A stretch of DNA of 51,179 nucleotides, the filler included, from Streblomastix strix (lineage: Eukaryota): assembly GCA_008636045.1 (NCBI GenBank). It is 3 parts of 3 records of this genome, joined end to end, with 100 filler letters (N's around TTAATTAATTAA, not from the genome) between each part and the next. Parts side by side here need not be neighbours in the genome. Positions count along the whole stretch, not along the records: positions 1 to 16,999 come from SNRW01000739.1; positions 17,100 to 34,094 come from SNRW01000740.1; 1 more part is not named here. One strand, written 5' to 3'. The notes beneath the pieces were generated by a model. The model did no database searches. It was not told the origin of the DNA and saw nothing but the letters and a program-made list of their open reading frames with translations. Of this stretch, positions 12,007 to 25,735 are shown piece after piece; within the stretch, counting starts at the first letter, position 1, and each line of letters begins with the position of its first letter. Made by a program: the position numbers and the translations under genes.

Positions 12007-12999
12007 ATCAACTTTATAACAAAATATTTTTAATATTTTTTATGATAAAACACTAACGATCATATTTATATTCATTACTTCAAAATTAATTTTTTTTATC
12101 TATTTAATTAATTATACATAACATATTATCTAAAAATCAAATCAAATAACTAACCAACTTTGCCACAAAACACAGTTTAATAAAAAAATTATCTTTTTCT
12201 CTATCCCCTCCTACATTATTTTTTATTTATTATTTACAAATCGCAGATAAAGTATAACAATTCATCACAATGATATATACTATCATTTGCAGTTAATATC
12301 TATCTATATCGTAATCTTTTTTGAATAATGTGTTTTTCTCACACTTTGATTAATGAAATGAATTAATGGGTGTCGATTGATTATAATCGTTAACATATAC
12401 ATTAACTTATTCATACTTTGGATTAATGTGGACGATTAATGCTTTCCAATACGTTTTTTAGATAATTGTATTGAAGATTTACTGTTACTTGTTCAAAATT
12501 GTTCATATTTAATCAATTTGTAAATTTATGCATTTAACGCGTATGAATTGAAATTAAAATTAATATTTTTTAACATAGAACAAAGATCTTCTTAATACAT
12601 TATTTATTCAGATAATAAATTAATAAATAATATAAAATTGTAAATATCGAAAGAATAAGTGACTAATTTTGCTAACAACTTATTAAAATGAATTTAGAAA
12701 ATAAATTGCTATCAATAAATATTTAAAACAGAATTATGGAGGTTTTAAATATGATTTAAAAATAGTTCATTTTTAAATTAAATAAATTATTCTCAAAAAT
12801 TAGTACAATTTCTCTTTTTTTATAAAAAATATTTCAAAAAAAATCGGAATAAAGATTGATTCGTGACTTTCAAAACATATTCAAATGATTTTGCTATATC
12901 CTGATGCCGTCTAACTAATTGAAAAGAAGATCGGCCAATTTCTCTCTCGGAATAGAATAAAATTTTCTAAAATATCAATTTAATATAAATTTATATTAT

Positions 13000-13968
13000 T
13001 TGGGGATGTCAAATTGACCAGGAGGGTTTTGTCTAGGTGCGTCTGTCAGAGTTCTGTGGGTAAGAATAAATATATGATATTTCAAAAATTGCGTTTTACT
13101 TTATGCTGGAAAAATTGAAAAAGAAAAAAAATTAAAAAAATCTAAACTGTATCAACAAATAATTAGAATTATATGTATATATGTTATAATTTTGTTTGAA
13201 TATATGTATATTAAATTATCAATTATATTAAAGACTAAATGAAACTCGTATTATACAAAAAATTGGCAAATATTAAAAATAATTTTGTTTGATGCCAACA
13301 ATAAAATAATTGTTAAATACATTTATTTAAATAAGTTAAAAAATAAATAAATTTAAAAAATCGTATAAAATTCAAGGTAAAGATACTGTCAGAGGTAAAT
13401 ACTGCCGAGATTAAAATTTTACCCAAAGAGCAAATAGAGACTTATTTCAATCTTTATTTTACTAAAATAAATATTTATAAAATATATTTAAAATAATTTT
13501 GTAGAAGAGCAGTAGTAAATACTCTTGTTTGGAATGACCCAGACTGGGTCGAGTCGGGTCGGGTCGTTTTTTTTAAAGCCAAATTTGGATTATAACAAGA
13601 ATTTCGCACCTGTAAGATAATAATACATAAATTAAATAGGTCAGAAATTTGGCATTAATATAATTACTCATAATTATAATAAATATAATCAACAATACAA
13701 TTAACAGAGCTCGAAAAAGAGTTTACCCATGACGACTCGTATTTGTTTTGAAAAAAATGTTTTTTAGACATAATTTAGTTTGACTATATTGATATATATA
13801 TTAATATTATATATTAATATTAATATTAAAATTTAAATATTATATTTTTAATTTGAATTAAGCACATTATAATAATTTTATATTTTATTTTATTTTTTTT
13901 ATTTTGGGTCGTTTTTTCATGGTTGGGTGGGTAGGTCTGGCTCTGGGTGGTTGGGTTGGCATCCCCAA
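13000..13968. mobile_element. Non-autonomous hAT DNA transposon (MITE)
   Basis: TIRs TTGGGGATGTCAA / TTGGCATCCCCAA (12/13 match), perfect 8-bp TSD TATATTAT (12992-12999 and 13969-13976), GGGTC/GGGTT subterminal repeats, no ORF. Confidence 0.9.
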
Positions 13969-14327
13969 TATATTATGCTATATATTTTATTAAAATAATA
14001 ATATTTTCTACTTATTCACAAATCGACCATTGATTTTTCAACGCTCCTTGACTTTCAACACAGTTTGTGCAGTTTTTTTATTAGTCGAATAATGTTAAAT
14101 GGAATTTAATCATCTTATTATGGATTGTTCTATCAATTAACAACTATAATATGCTTATAACCGCCGCACTTAGTAAAAAAGAAATTAAACAGAATAATTT
14201 TATAAAATTTTAATTTTCAACAATTATTTTAATTATTTTCTTCTATTTATGCTTTCTCTTATAATACTCTTATTTTTTATCTAAAATTTTATTTATTTAT
14301 ATTTATTTAAAAAAGAATTGGAATATA

Positions 14328-15044
14328 ATGGAAACAAAATAAGAAATCAAAGATAAAATATCTTCGGTTATTTCCTTTGCATTTTCATACAGACATAACA
14401 ATGAAAGAAAATAAAATGAGTAATCAGAATCAGAATTAATAGTTACATTATCAAATATTACATCTAATCTTAATATTCTTATGAATCAAATCTAATTTAA
14501 TAATAATATGTGTAAAGAAGTGAGTAATACACCGAATTTTCTTGATTCACTTTCCAGACTAGCTTGTTATCAAATCAATACTCATAGAAATTAAGAATTT
14601 GATAAATATAATTTTGCAATTAGAAATTGAAGTAGATTGTGTCTTAGGCGAATTCATTTGTTTGGAGATGCATAAGAACAAACTGGACTTGTAAGTATTA
14701 GATATGCTGGAATGATTTCCATTTCAATAAGTACTGCAGGTGGATCTGGAGAAGAATAAGATTAGGAAATCAGTTAAGAATTGATTCGTATCTCCGATTT
14801 CATCCATTCATTTCATGAAGGAAGAAATTAACCATGGTAGCCATCATTCCCATCTCTTCCTTAACTTGTTCAAAGGTCAGAAGAGGAAATAGAGGAAGAA
14901 GGAGGAAGTGACGAACTTGAATCATAATTAATAAATAAAGGGCACGAATGGAATATCATTGATTATGCAAAAGAAACCAAGGGATAAATATTTAACACTT
15001 TTATTCACAAAAACAATCCAAGACCAATTTGGTATAATTAATGA
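14328..15044 (+). pseudogene. Member of an expanded ~240-aa helical protein family (paralog of 35172 and 37111), one in-frame TGA
   Basis: METKQEIKDKISSVISFA...ISTAGGSGEEQD...FHEGRN...IEEEGGSDELESQL...NPRPIWYNQ-TGA. In-frame TGA at 14628-14630. Confidence 0.7.
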
Positions 15045-15319
15045 GTTTTGATCTGTTTTTTATTTTTGTATACCAATTATTCGTTTCATAACTCAAACAA
15101 TATTCGAAAAGTGCTGTTATGGCAAAATAAAGTAAATTTCAATATAACTCTATAATTTTTCATAAATTATTTATGATCATTTTTGAAACAATTAAATATT
15201 TTTATTTATTAGCAAATAAGATAATTTAAATATTTTGTACTTAAGCTTTCAGTACACAATTTAATTTTTAACATTTTTAACTTTTTTTGTCTAGTTTCAG
15301 CGCTTGTTATAATTAAACT

Positions 15320-16999
15320 ATGGCCAAATAATAGGAACCTAGTGATATAAGTATCTTTCCGGGGGATTAAGTGAAAGATTATGCAATACAACATTAGATC
15401 GGAGCAGGATCATTCGGTACTATATTTTCAGCTCTGTACCAGAACGGTTCAATAAGCAAGCATTGCGCTATCAAATTTGAGAAAGACAATGGAACTTGTT
15501 ATTCTCTTTTGTGTTACGAGGTAATGGTGATGCGTGCCATGAAAGGTTTCTATTCTATTTCTCTTCAATAATATTTTTTTAACCATTTTACCTTTTAATA
15601 TCCAGATAGCGAGCATTTTGCTAAGTTCTATCAGTGTGGAACGCATGAGTAATTTCGTTTTGTGTCCATGGAGTTGCTTGGTCCATCAATTATGTATAAA
15701 TTCATCAATTTTAGCTTTAGACAACTTTTTTAATTATTATCATCCATTATTTCCAGCAATGTTGTGAACCGGAGTAGACCTTACATGTTTACTCTTCTAT
15801 AAATGCTCAAATTTGGTGTATAAGCGATACAAGCTCTTCATGAGTTACACAAAGCTGGTTTTGTTCATCGAGATGTGAAACCTGTTTGTTAAAATATTAA
15901 TTTAGTTTTATATTGTTTTTAATTATCTTTTTTTTATTATAGGATAACTTTGTGATTGGTAATACATAAGAGACAGCTGGAACTATCTATTTAATTGACT
16001 TTGGACTTTGCAAGAAAATGATACAGCATTAAGGAAAACTCGTTAAGGTTAGCAAATCTCTATTTTATATTTATAACAAAATTTGATTGAATTTCTTTTA
16101 TTTAATAAATTTATCACTATTTTGATCTTTATTATTCAAATGCAGCCATCATTACCAAGCAAATTCCGTGGAACTATGCGTTATTCTTCACCTAAAGGTA
16201 TTATTAATTATATTTGTATTTAAATGTTATTTTTCATTTTGTATTTAATTATTATTATTCAATTTGTATTTAAATGTTATTATTCAATTTGTATATTAAC
16301 AGCTCATTTAAAGATAGAATTGGGAAGATCAGATGATCTAATCAGTTTGCTTTATATGATGATTGAATTCTACATTGGAAAACTTCCTTGGACTGGAATA
16401 TATAATAATGTTTGAATATTAATTGTTATATATTTCATATTATTATTTTATTTATATTTATACATATTATATAATATTAGGAAGAAGTACTTCATATGAA
16501 GCAATAATTCTTACATGGTCGCTTACTTACTCAAATGCCAACTGAATTTCAAACATTTGAAGATCATATATTTTCATTAGATTATTTAGATAAACCCAAT
16601 TATACAATGTTGATACAACTTCTTTATTCAGCAGCATCAAAAGCAGGAATTGATTTGAATGATCCATTTGAATGGGAATCAGAAATGAATGAATAAAGAG
16701 AATTGATATAGCATAAACAATATATAGAGTTGAATGAATTGAAATAATCTTTATAATATTAATTAACAAATTCTTTATCATCAGATAAAATTCAAGATCT
16801 TATTGATTCTGAACAAAAAGAATAATGGAATTATGAATTGACTAACTTTAATTTATTAAATGAAATCAAATAGAAAAATAATAAATAATTTAATAATAAA
16901 TAAGAAAAATTAGAAAAGAGAAAATAAATTGAAAAATAAAAATAAAGATTAATTATTCTTGCAAATATATAAATTTTTAAGAAATAATAATAAAAATAT
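15320..16999 (+). CDS. Casein kinase 1 family (tau-tubulin kinase-like) Ser/Thr kinase, 3'-truncated at contig end
   Basis: IGAGSFG, AIKFE, MELLGPS, HRDVKP, LIDFGL, FRGTMRYSS, GRSDDL, KLPW. Six GT-AG introns (about 15546-15605, 15694-15757, 15884-15942, 16048-16145, 16198-16302, 16410-16480). In-frame TAA/TAG read as Gln. Confidence 0.9.
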
Positions 17000-17099
17000 N
17001 NNNNNNNNNNNNNNNNNNNNNNNNNNNNNNNNNNNNNNNNNNNTTAATTAATTAANNNNNNNNNNNNNNNNNNNNNNNNNNNNNNNNNNNNNNNNNNNN
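17000..17099. other. Artificial contig linker
   Basis: N-run, TTAATTAATTAA (stop in six frames), N-run; 100 nt. Confidence 0.97.
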
Positions 17100-18900
17100 T
17101 TCACTGGTTTAGCACAACTTGCCATCGAGATAAATTAAAACATATTGACCTTATATTCAAAGAAAATATTATTTAAATTCTTTATTGGTTCAGTCATTAA
17201 TGAAGTATCTAGAATATTGTAATGGTTTAAATAATCCCATCTATTGTTAATTTATTCATAATCTTATAGGTACTATTACTATTCTTCATCAGTTATTGAA
17301 TTATTTTTCAATGTATTACTGAAATCAGATTAACTAAAGGGGGCAGAATAATATAACTATTTTTCATAATCATCTCCCATCAAATCGTATGGAAAGAGAC
17401 CCTTACTTTACTGTTAGTTTGATAAATTAAGTATAAATTAATTTAAGGTCATTGGTGGTGCAACATATAAGAATGAGTCTAAAAATTTAAGTTTAACTGA
17501 TAAATTATTATGTGATATAATTAACTATTTACAGAATTAAGAAGTACCTAAATAGCTAGTTATTTTCCATTAGCTTAAAAAAAATATGGAAATAATATGG
17601 ACACGACAAATTTAGTTGTATTATATCCATGAATGAGAACTTCGAATGAATAAAGAATATTTTTTTCTTCATAATTATTATCTTGATTAAATAATTTCGC
17701 TTCATTGCATATCTTATCTAGCAATAATTTAACGGAATTAAGGGTTCAAATAACGAAATGTATTGATTTAAATCTTTTATATGAATAAATTGTGCGCGCT
17801 ACTGATAAAGGGATTAATTTTGATAATAATATACTTTCTTTATTAAAATTAGCATTTATTTTTTATTCGTATGTTACAAAATCATAAGTAAAAAAATATT
17901 GAGTTGGTTTAAATTCACTGGTTCTATTATGTTCGAGTAGAATATGATGAGTTTTATTTTACATAATATGAGGAACGAATGGAAGTTGAATGTTATCCAA
18001 CTTAATTTAGTTTTAATATAACCTTTATTTATCCGACACTTATCTATACGTTTTACAATGTTCTTTTTAGTGCGCAAATCCACTTAGAAACAATGATTTT
18101 AGCATATTTGGCAAAATAATAGTCCTGATAACCTCTATTTATCCGTAACCAATAATGTGTGGATATTTATACCGTATAATTCTTCAGTCTAGGTAAGTAA
18201 AAAAATTAATTTTTTCTGTTAAGTCTATCATAAAAGATTAGGACAAATAATTGCGAAAAGAACTATCATCCTATTCGTATGAAAAAAAGTTAACTGATAA
18301 ATTAAGGTGTTAATGGATTAATTATATATCTGTTGCATAATTAAATCCCTCAATTTTTTTTTGGGTTAAAATCTTCATATAATAAAGTATCTATTTCTTT
18401 CATCTTTGTAAATACCCATTTATCACTGTATCTTTTCTCTTTACTATCTTTCAGTTAATATCTCGCAATTGCCTCCAGTACACAAGTATTGGATTAAGAT
18501 GAATTTACATATCTGAGGCATTAGCGCTTCTTAGATAAATTTAACTTGATACTTAGAATTTCTTTACTGCTGATAGGAAATAGGTAAGTTATTGCGCACA
18601 CTGAATATATTGCTAAATATTTCTCATTTTTATCAGTTTATGTAAGTTCTTAAATATTTATAATTAATGATTCAATATTATTTTTTTTATAATTAAATAT
18701 CTTAGTAATTACGTATTAATATTGGGCACTTCTTTCGATCATTGATTATCTAGAGATAATATAATCACAAGAAATCCATTCATCAATATTTCTATCTCTA
18801 TCTCTCCATTTGTATTTGAACCCATAGTCAATAGCTAATTTATAAGTTTTTCTTTTCATTGTAGAGTGAATTTAACCAATGAAATCATATATTTATCTAA
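17100..18900 (-). pseudogene. Protein-primed family B DNA polymerase (Polinton-type): N-terminal and exonuclease domains, truncated at contig end
   Basis: FKPTQYFFTYDFVTYE (ExoI), VLIHGYNTTKF (ExoII), LKFLDS, KGLFPYD, RWDYLNHYNILD (ExoIII), FISMASCA. Frameshifts and decayed catalytic residues. 5' end uncertain. Confidence 0.85.
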
Positions 18901-19539
18901 AACGCTTGTTACTTTGTTATTATACTGAGCAATAGTTATAAGGATTCGTTCAACATGGATCCAAACTGAGAAATTAGACATTATGCCTAATAATTTTTTA
19001 GTAAATTCATCAAGATCTGTAGAATGAGCTAATAATAGTATCACTTCATTAAATAACTTTAATAGCTTATGTTAAAATGTTGATTCAATTAATAAATTAA
19101 TTTCTTATAATTATAATTGAAATATATATACTATATTTTTTGCTCAAATTATTAATTTATTGCTGCAAAGTTTACAGTTGAAGTTATTGGCTAACGTTGA
19201 TAAAATTAGTTATCTAATCTAGAGTCAAGATAAGTCAAAAATTTTGTTAAAACTTCATAATTATTTCTTGAACTTTTTGATGGAAAATTAATTTTATCAA
19301 TGACCCTTTTTTAATTGTTTATTCAATTATTAATACGTTCTACTACATTTCAAATGTGGAGATACGATATGAAGTAAATTTAATAGCTAAATATTTGATA
19401 AAACCATTTATGGTAATAAAAAATTATATTATTTATATAGATATGTTGAAGTTAAATTATCTGGCTAACAATAGATGAGGTGGTTAATTTCACTACCATC
19501 TCCTTGTAATTAATTATAACGCCAATTTCTGTTTGATAG

Positions 19540-19685
19540 AAGGTAAGTTGCACCAACTAAATAAATTCTAAAATATTTTGAAAGGTTGATTGGAAGGCGA
19601 TTTATCGCTCTAATTTCAGTTTGTTCAAAAGGTAAGTTGCACCAACGTTTTATTTTTCAAAAATTTTGAAAGATTAGTTGATGGA
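19540..19685. repeat. Two ~55-bp direct repeats at ~90-bp period upstream of PolB
   Basis: aaggtaagttgcaccaac...aaaatattttgaaag / aaggtaagttgcaccaac...aaaaattttgaaag. Confidence 0.7.
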
Positions 19686-19730
19686 TTAATTATCAAGCTA
19701 ACTCAGGAAAGTTGTTTTATCTGGAGAAAT

Positions 19731-20144
19731 GTAGTATAGTGCTGGGAATCCCGTGTTCAAAATAGTTAAATTAATATGCTTACTTATCCATTAAGGACTC
19801 AAACACGTGTTAAACAAAGGAAAATAATTAATAGTTGATTAATTTCATCTATGTCCCTACATTGCTTTGTATCTCAGCTTGGAGTGACAATATTTAAATA
19901 TTTCTCCCATAAAACAACGTGTCGCACATAATTTATGCTAAAAATAGGTAAAATTATGAGTAAAACAATCTATAATATAATTTTAAAATAATAATATATT
20001 CCCGCGAAGTAATAAAAACGTAGGTGAAATTAATCAGTAATCACTTATTTTCATCTGTTTTTAATACGTTTTTGAGGCCTTAATGTATAAGTTAGCCAAT
20101 GAATTTAACTGTTATGATCGCATGATTACCAGCACTATACTACT
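19731..20144. mobile_element. ~125-bp imperfect inverted repeat pair starting (A)GTAGTATAGTGCTGG: Polinton-type terminus or MITE
   Basis: 19731-19855 is the imperfect reverse complement of ~20020-20143, with the outer 15 bp perfect. Mirrored at 31050-31463. Confidence 0.7.
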
Positions 20145-20959
20145 AATATATGCTTAAAAGTGAAAATTATCAGTAAATAATTATTTTTAACATTAAATGA
20201 TATTGATCTCAAAAGAATAATTAATTAATCCTTTATTTCACTTCTGCTTCAAACAAATCTAAGGAGTAAGACTTTATTATTGTATCATATTTAAATTTAA
20301 ATTTCATTAATATAATTTTATTTTAAATTTGTTACAAAAATAACATTTAATTGCTGGCAAGAAATTAATCATTTGATATTACCGTCAAAATTTAATTGGA
20401 GCGTCGGAACCGTCATTGGGAAAAATTGTGTTGGACTCGTCAAATTTACAAATTTCTATTGGAATTCACAACAAATTCAAATATTTTCATACTACTCTGA
20501 AGAATAATTCAAATATAATCAAAATTAATACATAATAACTATTTAATTAATTTTCCTTTTTTGAATTAAATGTATTTTCTTTTTTTTAAAAAAAAATCTT
20601 AAATTTCCTAGTTAAACAAAACTAATCTCATATAATAGAAATAATATATCTTAATTGACTACAAAAATATAAATTTTCTATTTATCAACACTAATTGGCT
20701 TTCACAATCAAAAAGGCAAATCAATTATTTTATATTCATTTTTTAATATTTTGCCGGATTCGTTGCATGAAAATTGGGTATGATGGAAGAAATTGACGAA
20801 TTTTAACAACAAAAATATTTAATTAAAAATAATTTATAAAAATTAATATTGTTAGATGAATTAATAATTAATTTGAAATGAAAATATAGTTGTGGAATCA
20901 ACAAAATTATGTTAATTATAATTTAAAAAAGATTTTTTTATGCAACAATTTATTGTGTA

Positions 20960-22907
20960 GGATTTATTTATGCTATTCTTTGTTTTCCTTTGTTCAGCAC
21001 CTCTTGCATTTAGGGCTAAGAATTCTGATCTATTCTTCGATTTCCTTTATTTTATGATGGATGTAGCTAGAGCTAAACCTGATGTTCCTATTGATGCGCA
21101 TTTTCCTAGAAGAAGCAATTAAAAAGTTTCTGATGAAATGAACAGTATGGGTTAAGTATTCATATCAAGCCAACTTTTATGAATGAAAGGTTAATTTATT
21201 GCAACATCCGTTGATTCAGCAAAAAATTCCCGGATAGAAAGTAACAGCAATTGTTGGATATCTACCGTTCAATAACTCAAACCCAATGCCACTTGCCTGA
21301 TTCAAAGGTTCTGAGACTAGGGAGAATTTTTTGTAGTTCGGTAGAGATCTATTTACCTTATCGCACTAAATAGATATTCGTATCATTTCAATCACAACGG
21401 ATGCACTTATTCATTAATTTGAATAATGCAATAATAAGTATTTTAACAATATTTGGAAAGTAATTATTGAAAATCCAATTCCATTTGGAGCGTCCTGCAC
21501 GGCTCACGTAATTTCTAGAGCTTTCACTGAAGATATCGATTTGGGTAAACCATACATTACAAATTATAATTCTTTGAATAATATTTTAATTAAATATATT
21601 TCAACAATCCTACAGCGTCTTAATTCCATGTCCCTTTTAATAATAATAACTAAATAAATTAAGATCAAAATTACTATTTTCAAAAATATTTATAACAATA
21701 AAACAGAAAACAAATTTAATAATCACTATAATCATTTAAATATTGTTATTTTAATCTAAAAATTGAAACTGAAACTATATTAAACTATGATATTATTCCT
21801 TAAAAGAACTAAGAGAAAAAATAAGAATAAAGCTAACATTCAATCGAGCAACAGAGTCACTCTTCATCATTGTAAACAACTAACTGTTCTCGTTCAACTT
21901 TTCTTTCCTCTTCCAATTCAATTATTTAACCAAGTACAAATTCAAACTCTTCAATCAATTCATAATAATCAATTGAATTCCTTGATCTTTAAAACATAAA
22001 AATTCTCCAAAAATTTGATATATATGACTAATAAACTAACGAAAATATCAATTTAATTCAATAACACAAATAAAAGTAAATTTAATCATAGAATCAACTT
22101 CTTTAACTAAATGGACAGACAACACATGCAATGTTTCAAACAAGCTTTTTGGAATAGAATCAAAACTAGTCATTTTCATCTATTTCATTACACTTATTAT
22201 AATCATTTTTTCCTCCTCTTCGTCATCATCTTCCACATCTTCATTATTTTCACACGAATCCTTTCCTCCAAATTAGCCTCTATACGATTTCTTAAACAGT
22301 TGGCTCTCGCCAAATGAAATACCTTTTTAAACGTTTCTAAATCACAAAGGAGAGATCGACTATTTTAAATTTCTACAGTCATATGATTTTATATATCCAA
22401 GAATGGGCGATTTGCGCTGCGTATTTTGGGGAATTCTGCGTCCGAAGCTGCTTGTGACCGAGTGTTTGCGTCGTTGCGCAGAATCGGGAGCTGCCATAAA
22501 CGAAGAATAGATATAGGAACAATTGTTTCTACACATGTTGCTAATTCAAACTAAGACAATTATAATTTGTTGAAGTAAAATTCATTGGACTATATAAAAT
22601 AAAGTGTGAACCATTAAAGTAACATTTTATTATTATTAATTCATTTCGACTTATGAAACTATAAATGAGTTTTTAAATAAAATTTAAATTTTTTGTAACT
22701 TTTTAAAAAAATGACTTTGATTAAGTATTTTAGAATAAATTTAATATAATAAAAAAATTACAAAATCTTTAAATTTATAAAAAAAAGAATTTGATAATCA
22801 TTCGTTGCAGAATTTTTTTTTTTTTTTTTTAATTTTTTCATTTTGGGTCGTTTTTTCTTGGTTGGGTTGATAGGTCGGGCTCTGGGTGGTTGGGTCGGCA
22901 TCCCCAA
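20960..22907 (+). mobile_element. hAT transposon relic (transposase pseudogene plus right end)
   Basis: IATSVDS, IISITTDA, CTAH (CxxH) and the dimerization motif FALRILGNSASEAACDRVFASLRRI (~22403-22490). Right end GGCATCCCCAA at 22907. Internal TGAs and frameshifts. Left TIR not found. Confidence 0.85.
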
Positions 22908-23211
22908 AAAAATATATAAGAAAAAGCTTTTAAGTTTTGAATTTTGCGCATTAAATTAATATTTTGAGTTTAAAATAAAAACAGTTTTGCACTTTGAATT
23001 GCATTATCCTAACTAACGTGAGTTTATTAACATACTAAATTTTTCATTTATTCTCCAGTAATTATACAATTATTGGGTTTAACTTATTATGCATTCGAAA
23101 AAAGGCTCCGTATTTTTGAATCAAAATTTCATTACACAAAACTAAGTACTTTTTTTAATAACCATATTTTTATTTTATAATGTTAGTTATTTTATATTTT
23201 TCTATAGAGAA

Positions 23212-25735
23212 ATGCTTGAAGATGTGTGCTTCGCCGAGAGCGAATTTGCCTTTAAAGAGTACTTCATAACTCCTACGATAATCTATAACGCGCTACTGTA
23301 TGCCATTTATTTGATCGTATTTATACTTATCTATTAATTTTTAAATAGGGCGCTTCTTCTTATATTCTCAATAGCAGTCACGGTATACTATTTCCAATAG
23401 TTGCCAAGCACGCGCGACGAAGACTCGGATTCACTCGCACGGGAAGCTTAAGAAAAGAAAGTTGATACAGAACGTATCATTGAATACATTCTTCTAATCT
23501 ATGATTACATCCAGCTGATCAGCATCCCAATTTTTGAGTTATCTTTCTTCGATGATATAGATATATCAGAATACACATCTTATTTTGGAGTGTTCATCGC
23601 ACGTGTTTTATAGATACTTTAATACATCACACTCCGATTCACAAGCTGGGTTCCTATATTTCTCTTTGTCTTCTTCTACCTGGTTACTTTTGTTACCAAC
23701 ATCATCCGCATCAGAGATGATCGAATTAAAGCTCCAACTTCTCATTCTGCAGTATCGAAATCATTGAATAACTTCTTAACAGAGCTTTTCTTGTCCACAT
23801 TATATATACCAGCAACACAGACCTTCCTTCAAATGATGGTCTGTGAGTATTCATGCTCATATTTCAGATAAGCAGCCTCTTTCAAACCATTTCAACCCAT
23901 GGCACAATATCACACATACAGCTGTACAAGCGCTGGATTCATCATATTGTTCATATTGGCTTATATTCGCATATTGCTATATCATCCAACTACGATGCGA
24001 TTCATTGCATTTGAGGTGAATCAATCGGAACCTGTTATGCGGTTTCACCCAAAATTCTAAGTTGTTTACTTTGAAATTAAGGTTAGCTTTATATTATTTA
24101 TTAAATCTATTTAATTTATTAAACTTTTAATTAATTTATTTTATTAATATATTTATTCATTATACTTCCCTTCCAGTTTCTCTTGCTATTTGTATAAGAA
24201 GTTATCCGCATTCCAACAGTCGTTCTTGCTGCAAACATTGTCATCTTTGGATCTTTATTCATCGCACAAATTTATCTGCAACCCTGCTTAGGTTTCGGTC
24301 TAAGAGTAAACAACCTATAAAGTGCATTCTTCTTCGTTGGATTCTCAAACTGCATCTTCTCTCTATTAATAACATCATTCCCAGATTCCACAGACCTGAT
24401 TTCAGTTATTGCAGTTGTTGTTGGTATTTGTGGATTCATCTGTGTTTATTTCTGTAATAAGTTTATTGCATAGAAAGTATCAATGCCTCATTTCCCTTTG
24501 ACAGCTTTGCTACAAGGATTCCCAGTTGATATAAAGTTGAAAGCAGCTCTGTCAATCATTGATAAAGTTGAAGATCCAAGCCAATTATTGCTAACTGAAG
24601 CTGGAAAAGCTCTTGCGACCATTGCGAGACACGATAACAACATGTTCTCAGAATAAGATTAAATTGCACTATCTGGGATTGAAAGGATGTCCACTAAAAT
24701 GACTTGCCCTCCAATATTGATAGACAGTGGTGTTATTCCTGATCTGATATCCAAATTGCTTGACAGAAGGTTAGTCAATGAAATTAAGGAGATTGAAACT
24801 ATAATTTAGATCATTGGAAATGTCGCATAATTTGATGATATTGATAAATGCAAGCTTGATTTCAATTAACTTAAAAGGATTATGAGATTGCTTATTGAAA
24901 CATGCGAGAGGATGTGCAAGTCATAGAAGTTGCAGAATGATAACAGCGATTAAAGTTAAGTGTTGAAGATGGGATCTAATGAAGAAAATGTAAATACTGA
25001 ATTATAAGTATAATCAGCAAATTAACAAGAACAGTAACAAAACACGATTGAATCTAGATTCTAACAAACATTGATATAACTTTGCTCCACTTTAATGAAG
25101 AATGTCTATTTTGTGAATGAATTGTGGAAGGAAGGAGAAATAATTGAGAAATTAGAGAGAGTGAGTTATACATAAGAAATGAAGAAAGAAAAAGAGAAGC
25201 AAAAATAAAAATAAAAAGAAAATGAAAAAATGAAATAAAATGATCATATCAAACAAGGTAAGAATCTGAATATGTAATTATAGACATCCGATTCCACTTC
25301 ATAATCTTCTTCTTCATAATCTGATTCAACTAACATATCTCTTGTTCTATGTTCACTACTAAGTTCAACCTCTTAATAATCTATCATCTCATAAATATAT
25401 AAAAATGAATCCATATTAATTTAAAAATAATCACAACAATAAATAATAATATAATAACAATAACAATAAAGAATAATCGCATAATTATTATCGCTTTCGA
25501 TTCATCCACATCCAATTGTATCTGGGCATGCTGTATTTGTGCTTTTGATGATGAGATTGAGTTATGATTCTTCATCATCAAAATAATAATCTTCTTAATC
25601 AAGCAATTATGATTTTTCTCAGAAAGGAGACTAAAATTTAGATTAAATTATGTATAACTCAATATAATTCGCACCGAGATTAATTGCGATCAAGAAAAGA
25701 TATAAAATTATTGATGATTCTGATAAATAACAACA
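23212..25735 (+). CDS. Multi-pass (~7 TM) membrane protein with armadillo-like helical region and Q/S-rich tail, truncated by fold-back
   Basis: MLEDVCFAESEF...LLALLLIFSIAVTVYYF...IYDYIQLISIP...QTFLQMMVCEYSC. Introns 23298-23348 and 24082-24176 keep the frame. An upstream exon is possible. Confidence 0.75.

Noticed and set aside
17000..17099. TTAATTAATTAA inside N-runs (also 34095-34194) as a biological motif
   Set aside because: Six-frame stop linker joining contigs of descending size (16999, 16995, 16985 bp). No synteny across joins can be assumed.
5072..18900. Capsid block and PolB as one contiguous Polinton
   Set aside because: They are separated by host genes and an artificial contig junction.
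4717..21300. TGA recoded as Trp or Sec (in-frame TGAs at ~4853, ~6389, 14628, ~21199, ~21298)
   Set aside because: Nearly all lie in elements that also carry frameshifts, and they are explained by TGG/CGA>TGA decay. Intact genes terminate at TGA.
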